Source: Tricharina praecox (lineage: Eukaryota). From it: a DNA stretch of 64,000 bases. The notes beneath the pieces are model-generated. The model searched no databases. It was given only the letters and a program-made list of their open reading frames with translations, and was not told the DNA's origin. Location of the stretch: assembly GCF_024521635.1 (NCBI RefSeq), contig NW_026250405.1:620001-684000 (forward strand). The letters are read 5' to 3'. Below are positions 43,768 to 56,085 of this stretch, in pieces (positions within the stretch are counted from its first letter, which is position 1; the number at the start of each line of letters is the position of its first letter). Position numbers and translations under genes: made by a program.

Positions 43768-45849
43768 CTACTGGGCCATCCGTCGTCGGCGGCCACGGTT
43801 TCCACCTTCGGGGCGTTGCGCGAGCACCTCTCTGAGCGAAGGGTCGTCCTTGTCCTTATCCATGTGATGGACTCTCACGTGTCTATACCTGGAGTTAGCG
43901 AATGCGGTCTTCAAGGCTGTTTTACGCGGTTGAGCATACCTCTGAAGGTTATCCGGTCTGGGGTACTTGTGGTCTCTATCAGGACAGAAAGGACATATGT
44001 AGCCGGGAGAGTCATGAACGAGACCATGTCGGATCATTTCGTTCTTCCTCTTGAAACCCTTTCCTCCTTCGGCCCGAGCACATCCTTTGACCGGGCAGTA
44101 GTGGGGTCTCGCAGACGAATGGACGTTGGCATGTGAGCTAGAGAGTTGGTTAGAGACTGAGTACAAATATTCGCGCGGAAGGAGGGAAAGGATCTTACTT
44201 CAAAAGATACTGTGTTTGGAACGGAGCCGCCCGACAATTCTCGAATTCGCACTTGAATCCCCCTGCAACCATCGGACCCGACGAACCTCTCGCGCTAGAA
44301 TTGCGTGGAGCGCCTACCGGTGGTGATTGTTGCTGCCGATGTTGTTGTGCTTGCTGCGGTATAGTGTCCTCCGAGGCTGCAGAACCCATGGTCTCGCCCG
44401 TACTAGGTCCCTGAGGAGTCGCCTGGTCCGAGTTGTATTGGAATTCAGACGAGTTTGACACCCTCCGACCCTCGGCACCTGGTCCAGCAAATCCACTACG
44501 GGCAAACAGATTGGCATTATCCGATGTAGGAGTAGCAGGCTGAGCAGCGTATCCGGATCTAGGGCTGGCCGAGGCATCCTTGATGGGGGGATAGTGGGGT
44601 TGTTGATGGGGATAGTACGTCTCGTTCGGAGCCATGATTACGTGCTGACGTTGTTGCACACTCATGTGTTGTAAATTTGGTCGCGGTGTTCCTTCGGAAC
44701 TGACGGGAGTCGGTAACCCTGGGGAGGGAGCTGTCGCCGGTGGTCTGTTAGACGGTGAAATTTGGAGATTCGCTTGGACTTGCGGGAAAGCTGTCCTAGC
44801 AACACTCCCGGTTTTCCAGCCACCTTGCTGCGGCGACTCCTGTTTGGTGGCCAACTCGGCTAGAACATCAATCGAGTTGAGCGGCACATCTGCAATGGAG
44901 TTGATTGGTGGCAAGGTGGTGTGTTTACCGTCTCGAATTGCAGTGGGCGAAGATGAGCCCTGACCCATCATCATTGATGGTAGCGGCGACGAACTGAGCC
45001 CGAAGCGCTTGTTTGGCGATTCCGGTGACGACGGAAGGAGTCCATGCGGCCCCCAGCCCGTACCATTGCCTGCCGATTGCGCAGCAGACAGGTAACTGAC
45101 AGCACCACCAGCAAGAGAAACAAGGCTTGCAGCCGTATCTCCCACTGTTTCCGAACCACCCATATCCATGGGATCAGCCGCAACACCCCCTACACTTTCC
45201 TTCGAGCCTTGTTCCGAGAGTCCTTGTTTCACAAGCTCCGGATCTACTGGCGGATCCGCCAACTGGGCCGGGGTTATATCTCCATCCTCCTTGACCTCCG
45301 ACGCCGCTTCCGCACCGTTGGTTTTCGCTTTAGTCATCCCACCTTCTCCTCCCTCAGACCGAGTCTGATCACTGTCGCTCCCTGTCATTACGATATCCTC
45401 CCCCTCCCTCTTCGCCGGCTGGGTTGCCAGATCTGACGGTCGCGGGCTCGGGCTGCGACTATTTATGTCTCCCGTATCGGCGCCGCCGCCGGTACCTCCT
45501 TCTCCCATCTCGTGGTCACTATCGGTTAGGCAGGGCAAGGCGACTTGCCCAGCCAATTGAGCTATATGTGGATGCTCAGGAGCCAGAAAAGAGATGAGAA
45601 CTTCGTCTCCCTGTGATGCCAGCCCGTGTCTTTTTTCTGGCGCGGGCGACAGCGTTGAGTCGGAGTTGATGGAACCGCGTCTGTGGGTCTTTGCGGCGGA
45701 AATTTTTGCGGTTCTGAAATCCTTGAAATCGTCGAAAAAACTGCTTTCGCTCTCGTCTGTATTTGAATTTGCGGGGTGGTTCTGATGTGAACTCGTCGTG
45801 GAGGAGTGAAGGACGTTGTAGGAACGTCCAACTTTCGGGTAGACAGTGA
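43768..45849 (-). CDS. C2H2 zinc-finger transcription factor (three C-terminal fingers); start codon uncertain
   Basis: FKCEFENCRAAPFQTQYLLNSHANVH, HYCPVKGC..FKRKNEMIRHGLVH, YICPFC..DNLQRHVRVHH. Introns 44198-44138 and 43939-43883. The frame is open from 45865 but the first in-frame ATG in this exon is at 45508. Confidence 0.88.
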
Positions 45850-48800
45850 CTGGACAGGTGAGATCTCAGTCAGCCCAATCGTTGCTCTGTGTAACCGTAG
45901 CCTCGTGAGGAGCTATCTGACCGAATGCTACCGCGACAGGCAGTCGAGGTAGTTGCAAGAGATTGGGAGAGCTGGGATACCGGTGGCACCGCTTGTCGCT
46001 CGAGTCCGTGGGAGGGAGGCGAAGTGCAGAAGAAAGCGCCGAGTGGGAAAAGCACTGCCTGATAATAACCCCCGCCGCGGATGGAGGTTCGTGGACGAGC
46101 TGAAAGCTGGTGCTGACCTAAGAAGTGCGGGCCGTGTGGAAGCGGTTGGACGGAATACGCAGTAGAGAAGAAAACGCTGAGGCTCGATGAATGATCTGAA
46201 AAGCTCATGGACGACAATTAGCACACTGTTTCAGCAATCGTTCCGGTCGTAGGCAGATTTTGGGGTGGGGGTAGTGAAGGTGGAGAAGGAAGAAGCATGA
46301 CAGCCGCTCGCTGTTTCAGTACCAACGAGTTGGAGGGGCGGCCAGCGCAGGAGAAACAACAGCGAAGGCGATAGGTCTCTTGCCATAGCGCGCAGCTCAA
46401 CCAACAAAAAAAGTGATATGAAAGCAGCCAATTGACGACGTGGTTCCATAAGAGTACAAGCACTCTCGGTGCGAGCATGCGATGCGGCTGGTTTGAGGCT
46501 CTGGGCATGAAGCGAGCAGATCTCAAATCAACGCTTATGTAGAGTGCGTGAGGCTCGCAGCGACCGCGAAAAGACTAGGGGATCGAACGCAACGAACGAC
46601 ACGAACGACACGAAAGACAGGGACGCCACGGACGAACGAACGAGCGCATGTACTACGAACGAACAGCCGACCGAGCGAACCATCGAACGAGCGACGAGCG
46701 AAGGGAGGTGATGGAAACGGAGCGAGGATTCATGGAGGCAACTTACCGAGGACCGTGTGGCGAAGGCCTGAAATGGAGGGAGGCTAAGGCGTGTCGGGGA
46801 TCTGTCGAAGGAGGCTGAAGTTGAAGTTTGGAACGAACTCCTGCGATCGCGTAACTGGAAAACTCGGATGGGTTTCCAGTCGGCAGGCTCGACTGAGCGC
46901 GCGCACAATCGGGGGTGGGGTACAAGTTCTTCTGTTATTCCTTTTGTGTGTATTGGTGATTTCTGGTGCGGATTAAGTATTAGTTGCAGGTCGTGATTCG
47001 CCTTTCGATGGGGCGGGCGGGTTGAGGCTCTGAAGGTCGAAGAGCAGAGCCGCGACCGCTGCTTGAGGGTTGGGTGTGTTTTTTTTTGGAGGGGGTAACC
47101 AATTACCTACTTAAATAGGGACCAAGACTATCCGCAAGTGGTAAAAATGACAGACTAGGCGCGAGTTTTTGTTGTTTTTGGCAAGCAGCAGCCCGTGCGA
47201 GCCACTGCAGCCTTGATAACAACAATAACACGAAAAGTCACCCAAGGGACTCTGAGAAGGCTCCCTGACGGCCTTCGGAGAGAGAAAGGGGGGGAGGGGA
47301 AGGAAGGCGGAAGTGGGGGGGTTGTGAGCTGCCAGGTGAGAGAGTTGTTCTACAGCTGCCTGTCGTCGTATATGTAGGAGGAAAGGGTGGTGGAAGGGGG
47401 AGGGGAGCGGGTGTTATGGGGCTGCGGTGGTGGTGGTGCCCAGTGAGATGGATGGCTACATACAAAACCTACCTAGTTCGAATCCGCTGTGGAGTAACTA
47501 GAGTACTCTAGGTGGGCCTGGTCATCCTGCGAATCTGCGTGGGACGCGGCTCAAAATAAGTTCTAAGGTGCCAAATTACAATAGCTTCCTACCGGCCTAG
47601 ATAGCTCATCGTGCTCGAGCTCACTCATTCGGTTCCCCTCACCATGGCCCCGCTTGGGCACGGCAGTCGGGGCGTCTGATTCGCAATGTGATTGTGCGAT
47701 TGTGCGGTTGTGCGGCTGTGCAATTGTATTGATCCTCCAACCTAGAAGCACAACTGCAAACAGTACAGCAACACAGCACACGAATGCCACGGAGAAGAAG
47801 AAGAAACTAAACCCCTATAACTACTCAAGATCAAGCTCTATATTGCGGCCATGTCCGTTCCTCTGTCTTGACCGTCTGTTCAATCTCCAGTCCGTCTTCT
47901 CAGCTCGTCCGCAACAGCTACACTAGCACCAAACGACCCTCATGCCCTCGAGAGTACCCCACGTAGGTACAATGCAAGTACGTAGTAGTGCATATGTTTG
48001 AGGCACATGCGGGTTATTGAGGCTCCAAGGATGAAGGCGGGGGATCAAGAGAAACCGCCGTCATGGTGGTGACCGTCTAGTCGCCGCGAGGCAAGGTGGT
48101 CCAGCACCACCGGCGTGCATGGTAGATGGATCATGGAGTAGAGTACACCTACCTTGTACATGAAGTATATAGGGAAATATATTCCGCTCGATTCACAGAC
48201 GGGCCCACGGTCGAATTCTCGGGCAACGATCAAGACGACGGCTTTCCAGTCAACAGATCCTCCAGCTATCTGGGAAAGCGAAAGCGGAACGATGCGAGGT
48301 GAACGACGATTTCGATTCCGTGGCCGTGAGGCTGAGTGGGAGGGGGGCAAGAGAGCAACCGGCCCATTTGATTCGGCAGTTCTTCGGCTCCAATCTCACG
48401 TGTCATCCGTCCATCATCCCCCCTGGCCCCGGCTTGCCGCATGGTAAGGTTGAGCTCACGGAGACATGAAGAGAAATCCTGAACGGCTTGGATGTGCGGT
48501 GTGTGTGCCGTATAGTACTATTCATCGGGTGCGGCGCCTGTTATGTACTCTAACTACAGCTCTCCGGAGAATTATCAAGGTTTCAAAAACGGTTCGGTCA
48601 GAGATATGTAAGATACAGAATGCGTCAGATTCATCATTGTTGGATAGGGCTGACTGCCATCAGTACCGCACCTCACCGCACCGTAGCGCATATACCGGTC
48701 TAGGTGGATGCCTAGCCCATAAACTTCATCCGGTCAACATATTCGAGGAAGCAAGGTACGCGGGCTACATGGAGTTATGCGCAGCCTAAGTGGCCGTAAA

Positions 48801-49909
48801 CGCGAGGGGTGAAGGAAGCGACGGCTGGCGAGTCAAGATAGGTATGATGATCGGTTTTCACCCCACTCAATCTATCTCCGAATAGGTACGGGGCCGACGA
48901 CTATACATTGGGATCATGCGGGGTTGTATGGAGTATGAAGTATCTCCCTCCTCCTCAGCTGCCGAACGCCGCCGGCTGCTTCATGTCAAGTTAGGGATCC
49001 TTCGTTATTGCTCGGCGAATATCCCGGATTGGGAAACGGGTGCCCGTTGAACGCATATTTCTAAGTAGCTTTTAAAGTGCTAGGAGAAACGACAAACCGG
49101 GCAGGGTCTCGAGGCCTGGGATTCGCAAACGCAGTGCTGTGCTGTGTAGGGATGGTGGATACTTGGATACTTGGATATGTGCGGATATTACAAAATTTGA
49201 CGTGACAGCTACTGGTGTGTGGCCCAGCTCACCAGGAAAATCCGACTTATGTAGTGCGCGCAGGTCGGTCTGCGGCCCAAACACTCGAAGTGCCCCATGG
49301 AAGAATCAGAAGAAGCCACTACTCTATCCTCCCCACCACTTGACCAGTACCGTTCGTTCGTTTCGCGCGCCCATCGGATCCGGGCGTTCAGACGAGTGGC
49401 TCCGAGTTCCAAAAGTAGGTACGGCGTGTAGACAAGGCAATAGACACGATGCAGCAATTGCAATTACCAACAAGGCGGTGTGGTGCGGTGCAGCGGGGCC
49501 CGTATTTTAGATGATGCATCTTATCCTTTATTCATATGCTTTCGGCTTATTGATGGTAGTTTTGTGATCCATCAAGAATAGGCCGGCGCATCTGCAAAGT
49601 GATTATATATCCCGGTGTGGCCGTTGGCGAAAGTCTCCATCCGAAATCTAGGTCCATGTGCACCCGTCTCCTGTCTCACAGATGTGCCCGGCTTCGGCTG
49701 CTGATTCTGTGCGATCGACGGAGTGACGAGTTATGAATAGAGTATCGCTGGTGGACTTGGCATCTCTAGACTGGTAGCTCCGGAGCCGCATCAGACCGAC
49801 TGAAGCAGAGGCTAGATTACAGTTCATGGAGCTGGGTTCCCGGGCTTCTTATCAGATTTTACGGCACGTGAAACCTCAATACAAGGGGTGCGCGCAGGTG
49901 ATCCCGGCT

Positions 49910-49943
49910 GTCGCCCTAGCAACCGAGAGCTAGCACTAAACAA
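49910..49943 (+). promoter_or_regulatory. RFX X-box next to a forkhead-like site in the ASPM-like promoter
   Basis: GTCGCC-CT-AGCAAC (49910-49923) fits GTNRCC-N0-3-RGYAAC; TAAACAA at 49937-49943; a CACGTG also lies at 49865. Confidence 0.5.
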
Positions 49944-50148
49944 GCACCGCTACAACGATCATCAAAGTTCCCCATTCACGAAACCCCACGGGCAACAAAC
50001 ACCGCTAGATACGACACGCACGACACGCACGACGCTCACGACACCAAGACCAACACCAACAACAACACCCACACCGCCACCACCTGCTTCTTGCCACAAC
50101 CCTTAAAATACCGACACCATCGATCGCGACTCCTCGGCAAGTCGCACA

Positions 50149-53100
50149 ATGCCGAAAATAATGGACGAGGATGGCACACCGTGTCCGGTCCGGACCACCT
50201 CAGTGAATTCCTTCCTGAATTCTCCTCTCAACATATACCGCGACGCTCTCTCCGGCGATGACGACGACAACACCGCGAACATTGACTTCACCGTAGCACT
50301 ACCCGACATCGAACCGTTCCTTAATAGGGACACGCGCAAGAGGGAGGGAAAGGGACTCAAGGAACCGCCGCGGAGGATCACGAATTATGTTCCGCCGGTA
50401 CGCCACGAGCCGCAACCGCTGCCGCAACAGAAGGAAAGGAAGACGAATGCGGGGGTAGGAGGTAGGAAATCGACGGAGGATCAGCAGGCAGCTCCAGTGC
50501 ATCGCCAGGAACCGGAACGGCGACCACAGGGTGCGCTTCAGCAACAGCCTCAACGATCTCTGATAGGCGGACTCGGAGCGATGCGGCCTTCTCGTCGGAG
50601 AGTGAGTGCATTACTGAAGGCGAAGAACCTAGAGCAAGCGGCAGCTCAGGATGTAGCACGAGCACCACTACCGGAGAGCCGTCCAGCTCGCACAAGCAAT
50701 GAAGCAGTCGGAAAACCAACAGCTCTCATCGACAAGGCCCGGAATTCACCGATGGTCAAGCTAGTGGAGAAGCAATTATTTGGAGGAGAGCAGAAACAGC
50801 TTAAGGCACCGCCAAAGCGACTGACCATGATGCCTGCCACGAAGCCTCGCCAGACGATGGCTCCGATCGGTGGAGCGAGGGATCGCAATAGTGGCAAGGA
50901 AAACTTACAGCCCACCGAACGCGACACCCGAAAACGTGCTGCAGATAAGTGGGATAAATCGCCCACGAGGAAATCAGTTCGGCTATCCGATGATCCAGTT
51001 CGCAGACGAGCTCAAAAAGCTGCACCTCCAGTCAAACCACCCGCGCCTACGGCAGTACCAAAAAATCCCAACAAATCGAGGAAGCGGAACTCCGACGATA
51101 TCTCGTTCGATGAAGGCTCATCATTTACCTCGCAATCGAGTAGTACCTATACCGATTCTTTTGGCACCCTGCGACTGAGGAAGCGTGCCAAAAAATCAAT
51201 TGCATCTCTTCCCACGCCTCCGGGGCTCACTCAGGAGGAAGAAAACGATCTTCTGCCGCCCTCAGAATTCCTGATCCCAGGCACCACTTCATACCAACCT
51301 AACCCGGCCAAGAAGCGTCCTCTGGATCCAGTTCTCGCGGAGGATATCGAAAGGTGTGAGATGTACGAGGAGTCGTGGCTTTCGGCACAGGAGTCCTCGG
51401 TGTCACAGCTCTTGAATCATCTGCTCGCGACATTCTCTCCCACACCGACCGGCAAGAAGAGACTAGCCTTGAGGAAGGAATTTCTTTTGATGTACTCTGC
51501 TCAGCCATTCCCCCTCACTTACGGCCGTGTTCATGCCAGCTTGCTGTATGGTGCGCTGTCTATAACACAGTATGTGCTCAGCGGAAGCTCGGTGGCAAGG
51601 ACGTTTCGGGTTCCGCCGAAAAATAGTTTCCCCGTAGCCAGTGGCTGGGGTACCGATGTTGGTGCGAGAGAGAAATTCTTGGAGATATTCATGAAGAGCT
51701 ACGATCAGTCCGTCTTGATTACGGCTTTGGAGGTTGTAGTGGGGCGCGAGATGTTTGCGTACGCTATGCCGGGCGAGTCGGAGAAGAAGGTTTTGGAGAC
51801 ATACATGGACCGGTATCTCATAAACTCGGAGGATATCCTCTCGACCCATTTTGAACCGATTCAGGTGCCTAAAAAGGGTGTCAAGTTAGGAGGAAACGCC
51901 AAGGGGGATGAGGATATAGGGACTCCAGCTTGGATGCTCAGACGGACCATTCTCAGGAGCTTCATGCTTATTTTATTGCTGGATAAGGCGAAGTCACGAG
52001 GTGCCCTCGGGAGACAGTGTCTCTTCAAGAAGGTATGTCTCGTAATGCATGGAGTGTATACAGGCTTAACTAACAAAGTAGGAATCAACGCTGAAATCTT
52101 CTTTGGAGGTGTTGCGAGCGGTTTCGAAGTTGCTCATCCCCTCCCATGGCGATATATCCAAGCCAATGAGCCATCTCAATTACACTTTGGAGGCCGTCCA
52201 AGACCCGCTTTCGGAGTTCGACTACAAGATTGACAACATCGCAGTCGACATGAGAGATGGTATCCGTCTCACTAGAGTGGCAGAGGTGCTGTTGCGTTCG
52301 AAAGGACGACAATCATTATCCGGCGAGCAGGACGACGAGGAGGATGACTGGCCCTTGTCTCTCCATCTGCAGCATCCAGCCACCTCTCGTGTCCAGAAAA
52401 TGCACAACGTTAATCTTGCGCTGTCGGCTTTGGATAACGCTGGCGGAAAGCCTCATCGCATCGAAGCAAAGGACATCGTCGATGGGTACCGAGAGAAGAC
52501 GGTTGGATTGTTATGGGGTCTTTTGAGCCAATGGGGGCTTGAATTGCTGTTGGACTGGAATACGGTCATTAACGAAACCGCCCGGCTGGAAACAAAGGAA
52601 TCTTCAGACAGGGCTAACGACGTCGTTTCTGATTCTCGGGATTACGTCGGACTCTTGAAGAACTGGGCGACGTGCATCGCAGCTAAGCATGGGCTTGTCG
52701 TCACGAATCTCACGACTAGCTTTGCCGATGGCAAGGTCTTCACGGCCATTGTGAGCGAGTACGAGCGATACCTTCCTTCGTACGCCAAGAGTGGTCCTGC
52801 CGCTTCGCTACAGATCAAGCTCCGGGGAATTGGATGCAACTCTTATTTCGGTGATTATCCTAAACTTGAAGTTATTTATCGGCTGTGCTAATGACTCTCT
52901 TTAGCTGGCTTGTTTGAAACTGAGGACAATGGCGGCCGGGTCTTCACCAAAGACTTTGTTGTCGCCGGATTGGCGTATCTGTGTTCTAGGCTCGTACAAC
53001 CCTCGATCCAACAGCGAGCTGCAACGATGATTCAACGAGTCTACCGCAACGTAGTCTTTCGGGCGAATGTGCACAAACGCATCAGACTTGTAATCCTAGC

Positions 53101-54706
53101 TCACCACTGCGCGGATATCATCAACAAGCGGAACGCGGCGATCACCATTCAACGAGCATTCCGAAAGTATGTTCACAAGAAAATCGAGTTGTTGATTCGT
53201 TCGACGGTTGCATTCCAATCCTTGGGCCGTGGAGTTTTGGCTCGTCGCGCCCTGGAAGATGCGCGCTGGGCGGCAGCAGCTATACAGCGGAGGTGGCGCG
53301 CTGTTCGCGAAGCGAAATATCATGAGCGAATTGGCGTGGCGAAGGGTGCGATCGTCGGCGTTCAGGCTATTATTCGTGGTATCCTAGCCAGGAACAACGT
53401 TCATGGGCTGAAGAGGAGCGTGAAGGTGATTGAAGCAGTCTGGAAGAAGGTCATCGTCGGACGACAAGCTCGAGATGCATACCTGCTCCAAAGAGCTGCT
53501 ACAATAGGCATCCAGAGAGCCTTCAGGCGCTACATTAGATCAAAGAAGGAACGGCAACTGTTTTTGGAGACTCGTTGGTCGGTGGTTCAGCTACAAAGCC
53601 TCGCTCGCGGTCAACTTATTCGCCTCCAATGCGTGGACCGCGTTGTCGACATCCGATACATTCAGTTTTGGTACCGTCGGTTAACCGAGATGCGGAAGGT
53701 CAGAGCTGAATACGTTCGTCTTCGAAGCGCTACTATATTCGTACAGCAGCGTCGGCGTGAGACAGTGTTGACCCGAGAGCTGTCTGCGAAATATCAACTC
53801 ATGGTTGCGTGTGTCTCGCTGATCAAAATGCGATATCTCGAGAAGAAGCGGATTGCGAAGGCCGCGGTCGTCTTGCAGAGAGCTTGGAGGGCCAGGGCTT
53901 GGGTTGTCAGGATGAACCGTCTCGGAGAGCGAGCGGTTGTCATCCAGAGTGCTTGGAGAGGATATCTAGTCAGGAAGGAGTCGGGTCCTAGGCTCCGTGT
54001 GATTCGGAAGAGAATCCAGAAGATCTCGAATGGCAAGGTTGCGGAGGAGGATACCATTGGAGCCCAAACCACGAAGGCTTTGGAGATGGTCCAGAAGAAG
54101 GCACTTTTTGCTAGGGCAATCGCAGTACTCGGTTTGTTATCCTCCGGTACATGAGGCGAATTCAGCTAACGATTTTATGTTGCAGAGAGCAAGACCAGGA
54201 TATCTTCGGAGTGCGCAGTGATAGTCGCGGGAGATGAAGTCGGATTCGCTGCTATTTTGGCTTGCATCGATACCTCGGTCGTGCAAGTGCAGAAGACCGC
54301 TATGGCAGCCGCCGTGCGGACCTTGACTCATTCCATCGACACCATCGCAAATGTCGCCCGCGTGCCTTCTTGTCGCAATGTTCTCGCAGGCCGACAAGTT
54401 GGCAAAAGCGGGAAGGATATCTTCACAGTCATTCTTCACTGCATCGAGACGTTGAAGACGGCAAGCATGAGAACCCCGCAGTACGAGCTTCTTCTGACCG
54501 CCATGAGGATACTGGTGTCGTTCGCGACCACAGATTCCATTCGACGCAAGTTGTGTGCGAAGAAGAAGTGGACGGAAAAGTTGATGACTACATTGAAGGA
54601 TGTGGAGAATACTGGCAGGAGGAGAGGCGCGGCGGTGGATACGCCAAAGTCGCAGATTTTGACGCAACTCTTCTCCGTTTTTGGAGATGTTCAGCAGAAG
54701 GCTTGA
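50149..54706 (+). CDS. Abnormal spindle (Asp/ASPM)-like protein with tandem CH domains and an IQ-motif array
   Basis: DMRDGIRLTRVAE..IVDGYREKTVGLLWG; second CH domain VTNLTTSFADGKVF; about 11-12 IQ-like motifs (IQRAFR, IQRRWR, LQSLARG, IQSAWRG); helical C-terminus. Introns 52033-52081, 52851-52903, 54132-54185. Confidence 0.88.
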
Positions 54707-56085
54707 GTAATCGCATGTTTGGATTTGGGTTTCTTTTTTTTGTTTCTCTTTTTTCTTCTTTGGTTTGGTTACAATACCAGTGGGCGCTTTGGTGTACGGA
54801 TTCCTTTCTTTATGGTTCTTTTTTTCTTCTGTTCCGTAGGATTTTTGGTGCACATGGGTCTCATTCTGCTCTGCAGATGCCTCATGATTTTTTTCTTTTT
54901 CTTTCTCTAGGGGTTCGAATACCAATACTTGCTCTTCTAGGCGTTCTTTGCGATTTCATGGACGAAATCCGTATCGTCAGATTCTGCAATCGGTGGCGAT
55001 ACGAGTGAGATGCATGGGACCGGGTCCTACCCGGATGAGAGTCACGTGGGTTCTAGCATGCGGCTCTGTGTCAAGCGAACGGCCACAATCTCTAGATCTG
55101 CTTTTCCAGGGGAAACGTTACGATCGAATTGGAGATGACTTTGGGATGAATGAGCACCACCACAATTCTGCACAGACAGATCATCGAGAACGCAGAAGAC
55201 GCAGCTGCTTCTCGCTGCGAGGCTCGCTGGGTGGATATAAATCGCGGGGCTCAAGATTTCATTTTGCTGTGAAAAAAAAAAGATTGCAGAAGTGGGATGC
55301 TGCAGGAACACCTCCTGGAGGCATGCCCCGCTGTCCGGGTCTCTCGGAGAATTTAAGCATAATTCTGCAAGCGGGCTGGAACCGTGGATTCGGTTCTTGA
55401 TTTTCTGCTGGTGATGCGGTGTTTTGTGGCTTGGCGCGGAGGATGGGGTGGATGATTGCTCAGCCGCGTCTTGCTCACCACACACACCACCAATAACCAC
55501 CGTATTCTTCTCGCTCTGACAGAGGGATCCGCTCAACCCACACACTCGCTCATCACCAAATCTACTCCTCGTCTTCGCTTCTTTCTTCTTACCTCTTGGA
55601 AACAAGCAATCATAACTGCTCGGGCTTTCTATTTACACGCAGAAAAATAGTTTACCTTCATGGTTTGTCTGGACAGCTGCTATTAGTGTTGGTCGTCCAC
55701 TTGGCTGTCACCCGCCGCCACCCAACACAGACCTCTCCCCCTCTACTCCCCTTCTCGGATTCGATCACCGCCCTCGAAATCCACCAACCTCCCAACGCGC
55801 TCGAGTCGCGTGCTCCACGCGCCACCAACGCTGCCAAAGTGACCAACACCGCTCCACATTTTTACGCGTCGAGAGAACTCAAGTAACATCAAATTCCTTG
55901 TAAGACAATGACCCACTCCCGTGCCGTTTGAGTCGAGAAATGTCGAGACCGACAGTTGGCGTGGCGGGATGGAGGAAGGACACCGGACAAGCTGTTTCTA
56001 ACTTCTGGCTTCTGGGCGGACAGACGCGCACGGTCTAATCGAGCGACGAACATAACCCCCTCCTACACACACACCAATATACACG

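Noticed and set aside
47474..47490. GTTCGAATCC, a tRNA B-box-like motif
   Set aside because: No A-box, acceptor stem or anticodon arm; at most a lone TFIIIC site.
47500..49850. Long intergenic stretch as a transposon relic
   Set aside because: No terminal repeats, transposase or RT fragments, or clear RIP-like AT enrichment seen.
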